Assembly: GCF_013177435.1 (NCBI RefSeq)
Contig: NZ_CP053627.1
Coordinates: 1,650,001-1,682,000 of the forward strand
DNA length: 32,000 nucleotides
Direction: 5' to 3'
Source: Xylella taiwanensis
GTDB lineage: Bacteria > Pseudomonadota > Gammaproteobacteria > Xanthomonadales > Xanthomonadaceae
In this document: in pieces, positions 9,168 to 19,570 of the stretch
Numbering within the stretch: the first letter of the stretch is position 1
Layout: each line of letters starts with the position of its first letter
Made by a program: the position numbers and the translations under genes
Notes under the pieces: generated by a model
Database searches by the model: none
The model's input: the letters and a program-made list of their open reading frames with translations, nothing else
What the model was told of the DNA's origin: nothing

Positions 9168-10459
9168 CCCGCCGCCCCCATCCGCAGCGCGACCGCATTG
9201 GCGTGCGCATCCAGCCCTTCGGCACGCGCAAGGGTCAATGCACAGTCGCCAATCCCGGCAATCCCCGCGCGACTGGCCGCTTGCACACTGATCATGTTCT
9301 GAAAGCTGGACACGCTCACGCCGCTATAGGCACGCGCGGCACCACCGGTGGGCAACACGTGGTTGGTACCGCTGCAGTAATCCCCTAGTGCCTCAGGGGT
9401 GTAATCACCAAGAAACACTGAACCGGCCGCTTCGATCCGGTCCAGCCAAGCACGCGGTTCGCGCAATGCCAGGATCAAATGTTCGGGGGCATAGCGGTTA
9501 CTAATTTCGAAGGCCTCATCGAGCGTCGCCACCTTGATCAACCTCGACTGCGCCAACGCCTGACGCGCGATCGCCGCACGGGATAACTGCTCCACTTGGA
9601 CGGCCAGTGCGGCCTGTACCGCTGCAAGCAGTGCATCATTCTCAGACAACAGCAACACTTGAGAATCCGGGCCGTGTTCCGCCTGCGACAGGAGGTCGGC
9701 AGCGATAAACGCAGGATCCGCTCCGGCATCAGCGATCACCAGTACCTCCGAAGGGCCCGCTGGCATGTCGATCGCGACCACGCCCGCCTGTGCGACCTGC
9801 TGCTTGGCCTCGGTCACAAAGCAATTCCCAGGCCCAAACAGCTTGTCACATGCGGGAACGCTCTCGGTCCCATACGCCATCGCCGCGATGGCCTGAGCAC
9901 CACCCAGCTTAAATATCCGGGTCACCCCCGTCAGGCGCGCGGCCACCAGCACTGCCGGATCGGCACGGCCATCCTTGCCCGGTGGGGTACACAACACCAC
10001 TTCACGGCAACCCGCCAGCCGCGCCGGCACACCCAGCATCAACGCAGTTGAAAATAACGGCGCACTGCCGGCCGGCACATACAAACCCACCCGACCGATC
10101 GGACGCACCAGACGCTCGCACACCACACCCGGCGCCGTCTCCACCGTATAGCCCTGTGGCAACCCGGCGCGATGGAAGACTTCGATGCGTGCCGCCGCCG
10201 CCTGCATCGCCTGCTGCAATGCCGGCGCGACGGCAGCCTCAGCAGCAGCTAATTCGGTGACACCAGCTTCGAACGTGGCCATGTCGACACCATCCAAGCG
10301 CGCGGTGATGGCACGCAACGCCACGTCGCCTCCGGTACGCACTTCGTCAAGCAACGCGGCCACTGCCTGGCGTGTCCGCGTCACGATCGTCTGTGCGGGA
10401 CGGATCAGGGCCCGGGCTTGAGCCGCCGCATCGAGGCGGTTCCAATCAAGAATGTTCAT
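9164..10459 (-). CDS. hisD: Histidinol dehydrogenase HisD
   Basis: [14 protein letters not shown]... with [12 protein letters not shown] and GDY..G.NHVLPT motifs. The ATG at 10459 overlaps the hisG stop (ATGA). The 31-codon upstream extension in the track was rejected. Confidence 0.95.
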   Translation of the reverse strand: MNILDWNRLDAAAQARALIRPAQTIVTRTRQAVAALLDEVRTGGDVALRAITARLDGVDMATFEAGVTELAAAEAAVAPALQQAMQAAAARIEVFHRAGLPQGYTVETAPGVVCERLVRPIGRVGLYVPAGSAPLFSTALMLGVPARLAGCREVVLCTPPGKDGRADPAVLVAARLTGVTRIFKLGGAQAIAAMAYGTESVPACDKLFGPGNCFVTEAKQQVAQAGVVAIDMPAGPSEVLVIADAGADPAFIAADLLSQAEHGPDSQVLLLSENDALLAAVQAALAVQVEQLSRAAIARQALAQSRLIKVATLDEAFEISNRYAPEHLILALREPRAWLDRIEAAGSVFLGDYTPEALGDYCSGTNHVLPTGGAARAYSGVSVSSFQNMISVQAASRAGIAGIGDCALTLARAEGLDAHANAVALRMGAAG

Positions 10460-11370
10460 GCCAGGGATCGCTCCACCGTCAACACCACCAATGCCTGAGC
10501 ACCGGCGCGTTCCAATGCCTCCAAACGCTGCCAGGTGACAGCACCGTGACACATGGTCTGCAACCGCAGCGTTCCACTCCCATCATCGGGTAACTGCACC
10601 AGCGGATCGGCGTCGGGCAGTAACCGGGTCAACTCGGCCACGTGTTCTTGAAACGCACGGAACATCAACAATTTGCTGTCGCGTAGGGTGAGCACTCCAT
10701 CAATGCGCCGCAGCAGCATCGCCAACAGTCCGGCACGGGCATCAGCAGGTGCGCGGATCATGCCCGCAAGTACGGCTTCGCTTTCCATCACTTGTACAAC
10801 CGGTTTGAGCTGGTGGGCCGCCAATGTCGCACCGGAGGACACCAAATCACAGATCACGTCAGCCGTGCCGAGGCGTGGAGCGATCTCGACCGAGCCGGAC
10901 AGTTCAACCACCTGTGCATCCACGCCATGCGTGTCCAGCCACTCAGCCAAGATCGCTGGGTAGCTGGTGGCAATGCGCTTACCGGTTAACTGCAACATCC
11001 CTTGCCACTCCCATTCCTCGGGCACCGCCAGCATCAGTCGGCACTGGCCGAAGTGCAATGCACGCAGCGCTTTGTACGGCACGTGCAGGCCGTTGCGGCG
11101 ACGCGCAGCCGCCTGTTCATCCAGTTCATTGCGACCGACGATACCCAGGTCGCACACGCCGTCAGCAAGCAATCCAGGGATGTCGTCATCACGCACCAAT
11201 AACAGATCCACCGGTAGCGATTCACCGTAACAAAACAGCTTGTCGCGGCTCTGGCGCCAGCTCAGTCCACAGGCCGTCAGCAGGCTGCGCGCTGGTTCGG
11301 TCAAACGCCCGCTCTTTTGAATGGCAATACGCAGCCGGTCACGTAACGGCACTGCCGTGGAAGCACTCAT
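10456..11370 (-). CDS. hisG: ATP phosphoribosyltransferase HisG (long form with C-terminal regulatory domain)
   Basis: [12 protein letters not shown]...[23 protein letters not shown] is a typical HisG N-terminus. A length of 304 aa indicates the long form. Confidence 0.95.
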   Translation of the reverse strand: MSASTAVPLRDRLRIAIQKSGRLTEPARSLLTACGLSWRQSRDKLFCYGESLPVDLLLVRDDDIPGLLADGVCDLGIVGRNELDEQAAARRRNGLHVPYKALRALHFGQCRLMLAVPEEWEWQGMLQLTGKRIATSYPAILAEWLDTHGVDAQVVELSGSVEIAPRLGTADVICDLVSSGATLAAHQLKPVVQVMESEAVLAGMIRAPADARAGLLAMLLRRIDGVLTLRDSKLLMFRAFQEHVAELTRLLPDADPLVQLPDDGSGTLRLQTMCHGAVTWQRLEALERAGAQALVVLTVERSLA

Positions 11371-11379
11371 CGTGGTCTC

Positions 11380-11706
11380 TCAATGGGATCCGGCAGGAGG
11401 GGTGATCCGGGCACGCAGCACCGCCGCATAGCCGCCGGCACCGTGTTCAAGGCAACGCGCCACACGCCCGATGGTGGTCACGCTGATCCCGGTATGATCG
11501 TGAATCTCGCGGTAAGGCCGGCCTTCGAGCAGCAATGGCACCACGCGCCAGCGGTCGGCCAGCGCCTCCAACTCGGCTGGGGTACACAGGTCACGGAGAA
11601 AGGCAACGACTGCAGCGCTTTCTCCAAGACAGGCAAAAGCCTCGGCCAACGCCTGTAAAGCATCGCAGGTATCACCATGGGGGCGGGAAATTGGACGTGG
11701 CTTCAT
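11380..11706 (-). CDS. TrpR-related YerC/YecD-family helix-turn-helix protein, first cistron of the his operon (candidate histidine regulator)
   Basis: The 108-aa ORF has the C-terminal HTH PYREIHDHTGISVTTIGRVARCLEHGAGGY and the upstream LCTPAELEALADRW, matching the YerC/YecD TrpR-like pattern. Its stop is 9 nt before the hisG ATG. Confidence 0.8.
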   Translation of the reverse strand: MKPRPISRPHGDTCDALQALAEAFACLGESAAVVAFLRDLCTPAELEALADRWRVVPLLLEGRPYREIHDHTGISVTTIGRVARCLEHGAGGYAAVLRARITPPAGSH

Positions 11707-11714
11707 CGGGGAAT

Positions 11715-11742
11715 CTTATAGCGAGCTATTACATTAATACAA
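11715..11742 (-). promoter_or_regulatory. Candidate sigma70 promoter of the his operon with an embedded palindrome (possible operator)
   Basis: On the minus strand: TTGTAT (11742-11737), a 16-nt spacer, then TATAAG (11720-11715), with only 8 nt to the ATG at 11706. The palindrome ATAGC-GA-GCTAT (11718-11729) overlaps the -10 and spacer. Sequence pattern only. Confidence 0.35.
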
Positions 11743-12499
11743 CCCTACAAGCGAGAAGCAGTCGCGTGAAACGCCATGATGCAGGCTGGATTAGCAGCAG
11801 ACTGCAACGCATGCCATGACCTGTTTGCATTCAATCACCTTGGATGTGGCTTGCTTCAGACAATCAAGCGTGGCCATGCAAGAGCACGCCGCCGCCATAG
11901 ACGCGGCTCAATGCCCCGCTGCATCGCTGCGCCGCCGGCCATACTGAGCACTTGTCTCACCTGGGCACCTTGCGGACACCTCCTATTGGGCCTGAAGCAA
12001 CTCATTGATTCATCAGAATCTAAATACACTTCAGGTGACTGATTCAGATCAGCACACGGCCATCAGTAACACCTCAACAACGGACGTACCCGTTGTATAT
12101 TCGGCACCTCTGTCTCTTTACATCTTGATTTAAGCCGGCAACGGCGCTTGACCGCATCTCACATGGACGCTGAGGATGGCCGTCTGCGGGGGGGACGGCC
12201 ACTGTCCGAAGCAGGCCCGGGTGGAAGCATCAGAGGAACGCTCACCCAGCCCTTTTACGGGCTACCAGGGCAACCCAGACGCCCGGTGCTAATCGAAAGT
12301 CGACCAATCCACGCACGGCGTGCAACCCCGTCGGAAACATCAATCAAGAACGGCGGCGGGTCACCAACCACAGCAGCAACAGCAGGTGCTGTTGCATGCA
12401 GATGCGATCGCCTCAACCGCTCTCCCCTGAACACCGCTCCCCAGACATGACCGCGCCTTGTCTGGCACATGGAACGCCATTCCCACAGAGCGGACATGC

Positions 12500-13900
12500 T
12501 CACATGACCTTGGCCTGTTCCAGTTCGACTTGCAACGCACTCGCCAATTCCTCGCGGGCGACCTCAAACTGCTGTTCACGTTTCAGGTCCTTGACCGCCA
12601 CCACCCCACGCGCGCGCTCATCCTCACCCGCCAACACCACGAAACGGATCCCAGCACGCGACGCATACTGAAATTGCTTGCTAACCTTCTTTGCTTCCAT
12701 CTGTACTTCGGTATTGATGCCACCCATGCGCAACCGCCGGGCAATATCCAACGCATCATCCAGTCTGGCTTCATCCATCAATACAACCATCGCCTGCACA
12801 CTGCTCTCGGCAATACCATCAATCAACCCAGCATCGCGCAGTTGCCAGAACAACCTGGTCAACCCGATCGAAATGCCCACGCCCGGCAATTTCGACTTGG
12901 TGTAATGATTCGCTAGGTTTTCGTAGCGACCACCCGAGCAGATCGAACCAATCTGTGGATGCTCAGTGAGCAAGGTCTCGTAAACAGTGCCGGTGTAGTA
13001 ATCCAAACCGCGGGCAATCGAGAAGTTCAGGCAATACGCATCCTCGGGGACCCCGAGCGCCCTGACCAACTCCAGCACCTCACGCAGTTCAGCCACACCT
13101 TCGCGCAGTACATCGTGCGCACCCGGCCCCGACGTCCCGTCCAATGCATCCAGCCGGGCCAATGCATCCGCATGGCTGCGAGAACGCATGGCAACAAAGG
13201 CAAGGATCTTGTCGACCTGCACCGCAGGAATGCCGAAACCCGGCCCCATCAGCGTGTCTCTCACCGCAACGGCACCGCGTTTATCGAGCTTGTCGACCTC
13301 GCGCAACACCGCCAACTGCAGCTCGTTCTCAACCACACATTGGCTCTCAAGAAAGCCACGCAATAGCTTGCGGTTGTTCAACTGCACCTGGAAGTCACCA
13401 ATCCCCAGCTCGGAAAACACCGCATGGATCACCGCCAGCACCTCGGCATCGTAGCGGATGCTGAGGGTATCTTTGCCAATCACATCAATGTCGCACTGAT
13501 AAAACTCACGGAAGCGGCCGCGCTGAGCACGCTCGCCGCGATAGACGCGCTGCATCTGGTAGCGCCGGAACGGAAAGGTCAAGGCGTGCTCATATTCGGC
13601 CACATAGCGTGCCAGCGGTACGGTCAAATCGAAGCGCAACGCCAGCTCCGGCAGACGGTTATCTCCGGACTCAGCGGCATTGGCCAGAGTGCCGGTGGAT
13701 TGCACGAAATAGACTTGACGCTCCGTCTCACCACCAGACTTGGTCAACAGGACATCAGACAGTTCAAACACGGGCGTCTCTACCGGCAAAAATCCGAAAC
13801 GCTCATAGTTGCGGCGGATCACGTCCAGCATGCGCTGGAAAGCGATCTGTTCGCGGGGCAGCAGTTCCAAGACGCCAGGCGGCGTGCGAGGCTTGATCAC
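12500..13900 (-). CDS. hisS: Histidine--tRNA ligase HisS
   Basis: Class-II aaRS motifs are present: [24 protein letters not shown] and GGRYENL. The protein is 466 aa. The start codon is GTG (13900-13898), with GGAG 9 nt upstream. Confidence 0.95.
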   Translation of the reverse strand: MIKPRTPPGVLELLPREQIAFQRMLDVIRRNYERFGFLPVETPVFELSDVLLTKSGGETERQVYFVQSTGTLANAAESGDNRLPELALRFDLTVPLARYVAEYEHALTFPFRRYQMQRVYRGERAQRGRFREFYQCDIDVIGKDTLSIRYDAEVLAVIHAVFSELGIGDFQVQLNNRKLLRGFLESQCVVENELQLAVLREVDKLDKRGAVAVRDTLMGPGFGIPAVQVDKILAFVAMRSRSHADALARLDALDGTSGPGAHDVLREGVAELREVLELVRALGVPEDAYCLNFSIARGLDYYTGTVYETLLTEHPQIGSICSGGRYENLANHYTKSKLPGVGISIGLTRLFWQLRDAGLIDGIAESSVQAMVVLMDEARLDDALDIARRLRMGGINTEVQMEAKKVSKQFQYASRAGIRFVVLAGEDERARGVVAVKDLKREQQFEVAREELASALQVELEQAKVM

Positions 13901-13914
13901 GAACGAAACTCCAG

Positions 13915-13959
13915 GAAAAACAAAAACAGATAAAAGCAGGCAGCCATTTTACCGGCTGC
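13915..13959 (-). terminator. Intrinsic-terminator-like hairpin plus long U-tract, ending about 14 nt upstream of the hisS start
   Basis: The minus strand reads GCAGCC-ggtaaaat-GGCTGC followed by CTGCTTTTATCTGTTTTTGTTTTTCC. It lies about 300 nt downstream of the thrC stop and directly abuts the hisS SD. The stem is only 6 bp. Confidence 0.5.
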
Positions 13960-14263
13960 GGTCCCTGCAGATGACATGGCATGCTCGGAAAATCCTAAAA
14001 TTTTGCAGCATGTCCGCCGCAGCGCCCGGAGCAGGGGCCGATCTCATCCAACTGAGTGAAATACGCCTCAACATGGTCTGTAGACACACGGCCTGGGCAG
14101 CGCTGTCGCAGCGCAGGATGACGATACGGAACGAAGCAACGCATGCACAGTCTTAGGCCAGCCGGCAGCACGGCTACTAGACCGCAGTCCTCACTCTGAC
14201 CCACTCAGCGAGATCAAGGATCAAAACCAGATCCCCACTGACTACCGGCACCACACTCCAACT

Positions 14264-15556
14264 TCACATCGCCAGCAGCCATTGCCGCAACGCCGCGTAT
14301 TCCGGCGCCAACGGTTCGGCCCGCGTGGGGCGTTGCAGCAGCATCTCCAGCGGTGCCGGCACCGGCACCGCTGTACCAATCAAAGGCTCTACCACCTGCT
14401 CGAATTTAGCGGGATGCGCCGTCGCCACCACGGCCCAATCGCCATCCACCCCCTGCGCCCGCAACTGCTCAAGCACATACACCGCCGTGGCGGTATGCGG
14501 ACAAAACACTTCACCGTAGCGGTGATGGCGCGCCATGATCGTCTCGCGGATCGCCGTATCATCCACTGCATGCGCGGCAAAAGCGGCACGTAACGCGGCA
14601 TCATCGCCCCGATACAACCAACGCAATCGCTCGAAATTACTGGGCGCGCCAACATCCATCGCATTGGCCAACGTCGCAACACTCGGCTGCGGTCGGTAAT
14701 GCTCTCCGGAGAAATAATCAGGTAGCACACGGTTAGCATTCGTCGCCAGCACGATCCGGCCTAAGGGCACCCCCAATGCACGCGCCAGCATCGCGGCCAA
14801 GGCATTGCCGAGATTGCCGGTCGGCACGACCAAGTTCAGCTCGCGACCACAGCTTGCACGGTGCATCAACGCCGCATGTGCGTAGTAGCTCATTTGCGGC
14901 AGCAACCGGCCCAGGCTGATGCTGTTAGCGGAGCTCAGCGGCACGGTTGCCTGGAGGCTGGGATCGTTGAGCGCCTGCTTGACCATCGCTTGACAGTCAT
15001 CGAACACACCCGCCACACGCAAGGCCTGTACATTGTCGCCAAAACAACCCAGCTGGTGCGCCTGACGTGGCGATACACGCCCATCCGGGTAGAGCACGAC
15101 CACACGCAGCCCCGGTTGGCGATGAAATGCAGCCGCCACCGCCGCCCCGGTATCACCGGATGTGGCGACCAGAATCGTCAACGGATAGCGCGCATCACGG
15201 CGCAGCCGAGTCAGACACGCGGCCAGAAAACGCGCGCCGAAGTCCTTGAAGGCGGCGGTGGGGCCATGAAACAACTCAAGTACATAGTCTCCAGATGTCG
15301 CCAAAGGCAGCAGCGGTGCGGGGACATTAAGCGCTTCCGTACAGATCACCGGCACATGCACGTCCAGCGCATCACCAGCAAAGAACGGGGCTAATAATGC
15401 GGTGGCGGTCTTAATGGGATCTGCGCCGTGATTCAAGTCACCAGGGGGTGGCAAGCACTCGGGGACGTACAACCCGCCGTCTGGTGCTAAGCCGGCAGCG
15501 ATCGCCTGACTGAGGGTGACCACAGGGGCGGTGGTGCGGGTGGAAAGAAAGTTCAT
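14264..15556 (-). CDS. thrC: Threonine synthase ThrC
   Basis: MNFLSTR...LAPDGGLYVP and the PLP-lysine motif HGPTAAFKDFG. The ATG at 15556 gives 430 aa, and the 17-codon upstream extension was rejected. Confidence 0.95.
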   Translation of the reverse strand: MNFLSTRTTAPVVTLSQAIAAGLAPDGGLYVPECLPPPGDLNHGADPIKTATALLAPFFAGDALDVHVPVICTEALNVPAPLLPLATSGDYVLELFHGPTAAFKDFGARFLAACLTRLRRDARYPLTILVATSGDTGAAVAAAFHRQPGLRVVVLYPDGRVSPRQAHQLGCFGDNVQALRVAGVFDDCQAMVKQALNDPSLQATVPLSSANSISLGRLLPQMSYYAHAALMHRASCGRELNLVVPTGNLGNALAAMLARALGVPLGRIVLATNANRVLPDYFSGEHYRPQPSVATLANAMDVGAPSNFERLRWLYRGDDAALRAAFAAHAVDDTAIRETIMARHHRYGEVFCPHTATAVYVLEQLRAQGVDGDWAVVATAHPAKFEQVVEPLIGTAVPVPAPLEMLLQRPTRAEPLAPEYAALRQWLLAM

Positions 15557-15607
15557 TGGGAATAGATCGTAGCAACGGAAAGGAAAAATCTTAAGGATGC
15601 AACGCAC

Positions 15608-16576
15608 TCATAGCAGGCGCGCTCCTGGACTGGCCAGTGGCGTCACCCACGCCTGACTGGCCAGGCCGGCACCAGCGAAGCCGGCACACACGGCTGGCGC
15701 GGCGGCTTCTGCAACGCGCCGCGTCTCGAACCAGGCAAACACGCTGGGGCCAGCACCAGAAATACTCGCCCCCATCGCACCAGCTTCCAGTGCAGCCTGT
15801 TGGGCCGCAGCAAAACCGGCGATCAGCGGTGCACGGCGTGGCTCGATCAGCACATCACGCAGCCCAGCACGCACCAGCCCGGCATCACCGGCATGGCAAC
15901 CCGCCAACACCAACGCTAAGTTGGCGCTCTGTGTGACAACATCGGCCAGCAGATAGGGGGCTTTCAGAACCTCGCGTGCACGGCGTGTTTCCAGCAACGC
16001 ATCCGGATGGACAAGCAAACTGTGCCAGGCAGCGGGTACTGTCACCGGCACTAGCCGCTCCAAGGTACACAGTACGAGCCCACCGAGAAACATCGGCCCC
16101 AGGTTGTCGCCATGACGACTACCGCTGGCGACCGCCTCGCCATCCAGTGCATAGCGATACAGTTGCTCACGGGGCAACGGCTCATCCAGCAGTGCGTTGG
16201 CCGCCATCAGGGCAGCCACGCAAGAGGCCGCCGAACCGCCCATTCCGGAACTCAACGGGATCCCTTTTTCGATCTCCAGTTCAAAGCCAAAGGTCAAACT
16301 CAAGTCGCGGTGCATGGAAAGCAACGCTGCACCGGCTGTATTGCGTTCGACGTCCAATGGCAACGATTGCGGAATACCGCGGATTGCGACGATACGTACC
16401 TCCGGTGTATCAATGCGCCGCACGGCCACAGTATCGCCGACCCGATCCATGGCATAGCCAAGCAAGTCAAACCCAACGGCAACATTCGCCACCGACGCTG
16501 GTGCGAACGCACGCGCCTGACACACTCCGGGCACCGCTCGAGAGGCGCCCGTGGCCTCTTCCAAGATCCGATTCAC
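15608..16576 (-). CDS. thrB: Homoserine kinase ThrB
   Basis: GHMP-kinase motif [17 protein letters not shown], with N-terminal [17 protein letters not shown]. The annotated start is GTG in a GTGA overlap with the thrA stop. A downstream alternative start cannot be excluded. Confidence 0.9.
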   Translation of the reverse strand: MNRILEEATGASRAVPGVCQARAFAPASVANVAVGFDLLGYAMDRVGDTVAVRRIDTPEVRIVAIRGIPQSLPLDVERNTAGAALLSMHRDLSLTFGFELEIEKGIPLSSGMGGSAASCVAALMAANALLDEPLPREQLYRYALDGEAVASGSRHGDNLGPMFLGGLVLCTLERLVPVTVPAAWHSLLVHPDALLETRRAREVLKAPYLLADVVTQSANLALVLAGCHAGDAGLVRAGLRDVLIEPRRAPLIAGFAAAQQAALEAGAMGASISGAGPSVFAWFETRRVAEAAAPAVCAGFAGAGLASQAWVTPLASPGARLL

Positions 16577-19080
16577 AGGCGTGCACCCTCGCCAGCCGCA
16601 ACCCGAAGCACATCGGCGAATACACCCGCTGCGGTCACCTCCGGACCGGCTCCCGGACCCTGTACCACCAGCGGGTTTTCAGAATAACGGCGCGTGGTGA
16701 ATTGCACGACGTTGTCAGTGAGACGGAGATTGCCAAAGGCATGGCCAGGCGGCAATTCAACCAAACCGACACTAGGGACGTGCCCCGGGGACAACTGTGC
16801 GACGTAACGCAATACACAGCCGCGCTGCTTCGCGGCAGCCAAGCGCTGTGCGAAGGTAGCATCAACCTCACCGAGCCGTGTCATGAAATCCTCAACGTTG
16901 AGTTGACACAATGTCTCTGGCACCAAGCTTTCTACCGCAACATCCTCCAAGCTGATATCACGTCCAACCTCTCGCGCCAGAATCACCAGCTTACGCGCCA
17001 CGTCGATTCCAGACAGGTCATCCCGCGGATCCGGCTCGGTATATCCCATCGCTCGCGCCTGCACGACCAACTGGGAGAACGGGACGCTACCGTCATATTT
17101 GTTGAACAGCCAGGCCAGCGTTCCGGAAAAAATACCTTCGATCGAGGTGACGCTATCACCGGTATCCATCAAATCGCGCAATGTCGTGATGACCGGCAAC
17201 CCTGCGCCAACCGTGGCTTCGTAGCGGAAACGTGCACCGCTGGCATCTGCAGCAGTGCGAATCGCGCGGTAGCGCAACAAGGAACCGGAGCCGGCCTGCT
17301 TATTCGGGGTCACCACATGGATACCGGACGCCAGCCAGCCGGCATAGCGATCCGCCACCTCGGCACTGCCACTACAGTCAATGATCACCGCATGCGGCAG
17401 ATGTGCTGCCTGTAAATGTGCGGTAAAGCGATCCAGATCGGCCACCTCCGGTGCGGTGGCGAAGGCCTCACGCCAGTCACCGCTCAGGCCACGTTCGTCC
17501 AATAACATACGCCGCCGTGAAACGATCGCGCGTAACCGCAAATCCAAATTCGCCTTGGACAGCAATTGCGGCTGTGCCGCACGTAACTGGTCCAACAGTG
17601 CCTCCCCAACGTGACCCGGGCCAATCACACCAATCGAAAATGTCTGCGGCGATAACCAAAAAGCAGCGTGGGCAGCACGCAGTGCCTTGGTCGCATGTTG
17701 ACTGTCGATGGCCACCGAAATATTGCGCTCGGAAGAGCCTTGAGCAATGGCTAGAATGTTGACATGAGCGTGCCGCAACGATTCGAACAAGCGCGCCGCC
17801 ACACCCAGGTGACCCGTCATGCCGTCACCCACCGCCGCTAACACGCTGATAGCGTTGGTGAGTTGCACACGCTGAACATGCCCTATCGCCAACTCGTGGG
17901 CGAAGGCATGCAACAGCGCATCACGTGCACGCTCGGCCTCAGTTTGGCGCACGACGCAGCAAATCGAATGCTCGGAAGAGCCCTGCGAGATCATCACGAC
18001 AGACACACGTGCATTGCGCAACGCAGCAAACACACGTTCGGCGGTACCAGGGACACCGATCAGGCCCGTCCCCTCCACGTTCAGCACGGCCAGTCCTGGA
18101 CTCAGGGTCAGGCCCTTGACCGGCCCACTGACCACGCTGTCAGAGGTGATCCGAGTCCCTGAATGGCCAGGTTGAAACGTGTTTCGAATGATGATCGGTA
18201 TCCCCCGTTTCATCACTGGCGACATGGTCTGTGGATGCACCACTTTGGCACCAAAATAGGCCAACTCACACGCCTCGTCGTAACTCAGGGCGTCGAGTTG
18301 CACTGCTTCCGGTACCACCCTTGGGTCCGCCGACAGCACCCCATCCACATCGGTCCAGATGTGCAGTTCGTCAGCCTCGAACAACGCCGCGAAGATAGCC
18401 CCGGAATAATCACTCCCGTTGCGACCCAGTGTGATCGCGCGCCCGGCACGATCACACGCAACAAAACCGGTCGCCACCACACGCCGCTGCGGATGCTGCA
18501 CACGCCAATGCGCAAGGCGCTGCGCACTCGTTGTCCAATCCACTTCCACACCAAATTCGCCGGGATTGACCACAAGCACTTCACGCGCATCCAGCACCAC
18601 GCAATCCTCACCGAGCAACTGGAAATACTGCCCAAGCAGCTGCGCAGAGTACACCTCACCCAAGCCCTGCAAGCGGTCCAGCACTTCGCACGGCAACATT
18701 CCGATGACGGCCAATGCAGCCAACATCTCATGGAGTTCGTTAAAACGGGTATTCAACCACGCTTCCACCGTGCCGGCTTGCTCTCCAAGCAGTGCCACGG
18801 CTGCGTCGCAATGACGCGTGCGGGTTTGCTGCCACAGCGTCTTCCACTCGGGAGCATTCCTGGCGGCCTGTTCAGCCAGTTTGATCAACACATCGGTTAC
18901 GCCCTTCATCGCAGAGACGACGGTCACCTGCACAGCCTCCTCACGCGCCAACAGCAAACGTGCCACATGACGATAGCAATCGGCATCGGCAACCGAGGTT
19001 CCTCCAAACTTGTGAACGACAGTACGCGGGACGTGGACCGGAGTTTCAACGGTGGACAGCCGGACAGCAGACGATGACAT
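16573..19080 (-). CDS. thrA: Bifunctional aspartokinase / homoserine dehydrogenase ThrA
   Basis: The 835-aa protein has the N-terminal aspartokinase motif [14 protein letters not shown]-region repeats, and a C-terminal HSDH domain (GVIGPGHVG...). The ATG at 19080 has GAGG 9 nt upstream. Confidence 0.95.
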   Translation of the reverse strand: MSSSAVRLSTVETPVHVPRTVVHKFGGTSVADADCYRHVARLLLAREEAVQVTVVSAMKGVTDVLIKLAEQAARNAPEWKTLWQQTRTRHCDAAVALLGEQAGTVEAWLNTRFNELHEMLAALAVIGMLPCEVLDRLQGLGEVYSAQLLGQYFQLLGEDCVVLDAREVLVVNPGEFGVEVDWTTSAQRLAHWRVQHPQRRVVATGFVACDRAGRAITLGRNGSDYSGAIFAALFEADELHIWTDVDGVLSADPRVVPEAVQLDALSYDEACELAYFGAKVVHPQTMSPVMKRGIPIIIRNTFQPGHSGTRITSDSVVSGPVKGLTLSPGLAVLNVEGTGLIGVPGTAERVFAALRNARVSVVMISQGSSEHSICCVVRQTEAERARDALLHAFAHELAIGHVQRVQLTNAISVLAAVGDGMTGHLGVAARLFESLRHAHVNILAIAQGSSERNISVAIDSQHATKALRAAHAAFWLSPQTFSIGVIGPGHVGEALLDQLRAAQPQLLSKANLDLRLRAIVSRRRMLLDERGLSGDWREAFATAPEVADLDRFTAHLQAAHLPHAVIIDCSGSAEVADRYAGWLASGIHVVTPNKQAGSGSLLRYRAIRTAADASGARFRYEATVGAGLPVITTLRDLMDTGDSVTSIEGIFSGTLAWLFNKYDGSVPFSQLVVQARAMGYTEPDPRDDLSGIDVARKLVILAREVGRDISLEDVAVESLVPETLCQLNVEDFMTRLGEVDATFAQRLAAAKQRGCVLRYVAQLSPGHVPSVGLVELPPGHAFGNLRLTDNVVQFTTRRYSENPLVVQGPGAGPEVTAAGVFADVLRVAAGEGARL

Positions 19081-19170
19081 CGACAGACCTCATGATGGAG
19101 GCCCCATCCGCATCAGGCTGAGGGTTTCCCCCGCAACCTAAGTCGGGTGCGGGGCCGTGGTATTCGGAAG

Positions 19171-19230
19171 TTACGCGAAGACGACGGGCCGCACCGGGCA
19201 CATAATGTTGGTGCGAGTCGTGGCAATCAT
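19171..19230 (-). promoter_or_regulatory. Candidate thr-operon leader peptide (MIATTRTNIMCPVRPVVFA), weak
   Basis: A 19-codon minus-strand ORF (34 codons if started at 19275) with 3 Thr and 2 Ile in the first 9 codons. It lies 90 nt upstream of thrA. It is followed by mutually exclusive GC-rich pairings (CCCCGCA/TGCGGGG, and a CCTCA...TGAGG helix covering the thrA SD). No U-tract terminator is present. Confidence 0.25.
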
Positions 19231-19447
19231 GCCGACTATCCCAGCAACACCGATGCCCCGCCAAGCCGCAGGCATAGTAAAGATCAGATAACAGCCGGAC
19301 TTAAACATGCCGTGAAGAAACCGCAGCAACCCTATGGCTGTCAAGAGGCCATCCACACTTGCACCACCTCGACCGCCAGCAGCAGCATAAACCATAATAC
19401 GATCAAGGAATTAAACTCGCACTTGCAGGCATGATCGTTACAATAGG

Positions 19448-19505
19448 AATCAAAAACAGGCACAGACAACGGCACAGTTGCGCGAATGCGCGCTGCCGTC
19501 TGTGC
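19448..19505 (-). terminator. Rho-independent terminator downstream of pyrB
   Basis: On the minus strand, GCACAGACGGCA pairs with TGCCGT(tgt)CTGTGC, giving 12 bp with a 3-nt bulge. An apical mini-hairpin GCGCG-catt-CGCGC sits inside, followed by CTGTTTTTGATT. It begins 66 nt after the pyrB stop. Confidence 0.65.
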
Positions 19506-19570
19506 TCACAAGGCCTACGGATTGAGCATCCATGCATTGCAAACGACGACACCGCATCATGCAGTCGCGC

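Noticed and set aside
11776-12042. 88-aa plus-strand ORF divergent from the his promoter, followed by the hairpin at 12077-12096
   Set aside because: Its composition is Arg/Cys/His-rich and non-protein-like (RGHARARRRHRRGS), there is no SD, and the hairpin lacks a clear U-tract.
11707-12150. Classical histidine-operon leader peptide or attenuator
   Set aside because: I scanned the minus strand upstream of the operon and found no run of His codons; the maximum was two adjacent CAT codons at about 11776. There is no terminator-antiterminator pair next to the first cistron.
12121-12460. Possible known ncRNA (RNase P, tmRNA, SRP/4.5S, cobalamin, SAH or guanidine-I riboswitch)
   Set aside because: Only isolated short matches were seen: CCGGCTTA, GCCACTG, CAACGGCGCT and GCCCGGG. 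The obligatory partner motifs are absent (GAGGAAAGTCCGG, a T-loop plus CCA tail, the GGAA tetraloop context, GGTG.AA.TCC). The order and spacing do not fit any of these families.
15976-17415. 479-aa plus-strand ORF, the largest plus-strand ORF in the track
   Set aside because: It lies entirely antisense to thrB/thrA, which have unambiguous kinase and aspartokinase motifs. Its translation is Arg/Pro/His-rich with no domain-like pattern, which is typical of a shadow ORF in a GC-biased third-position background.
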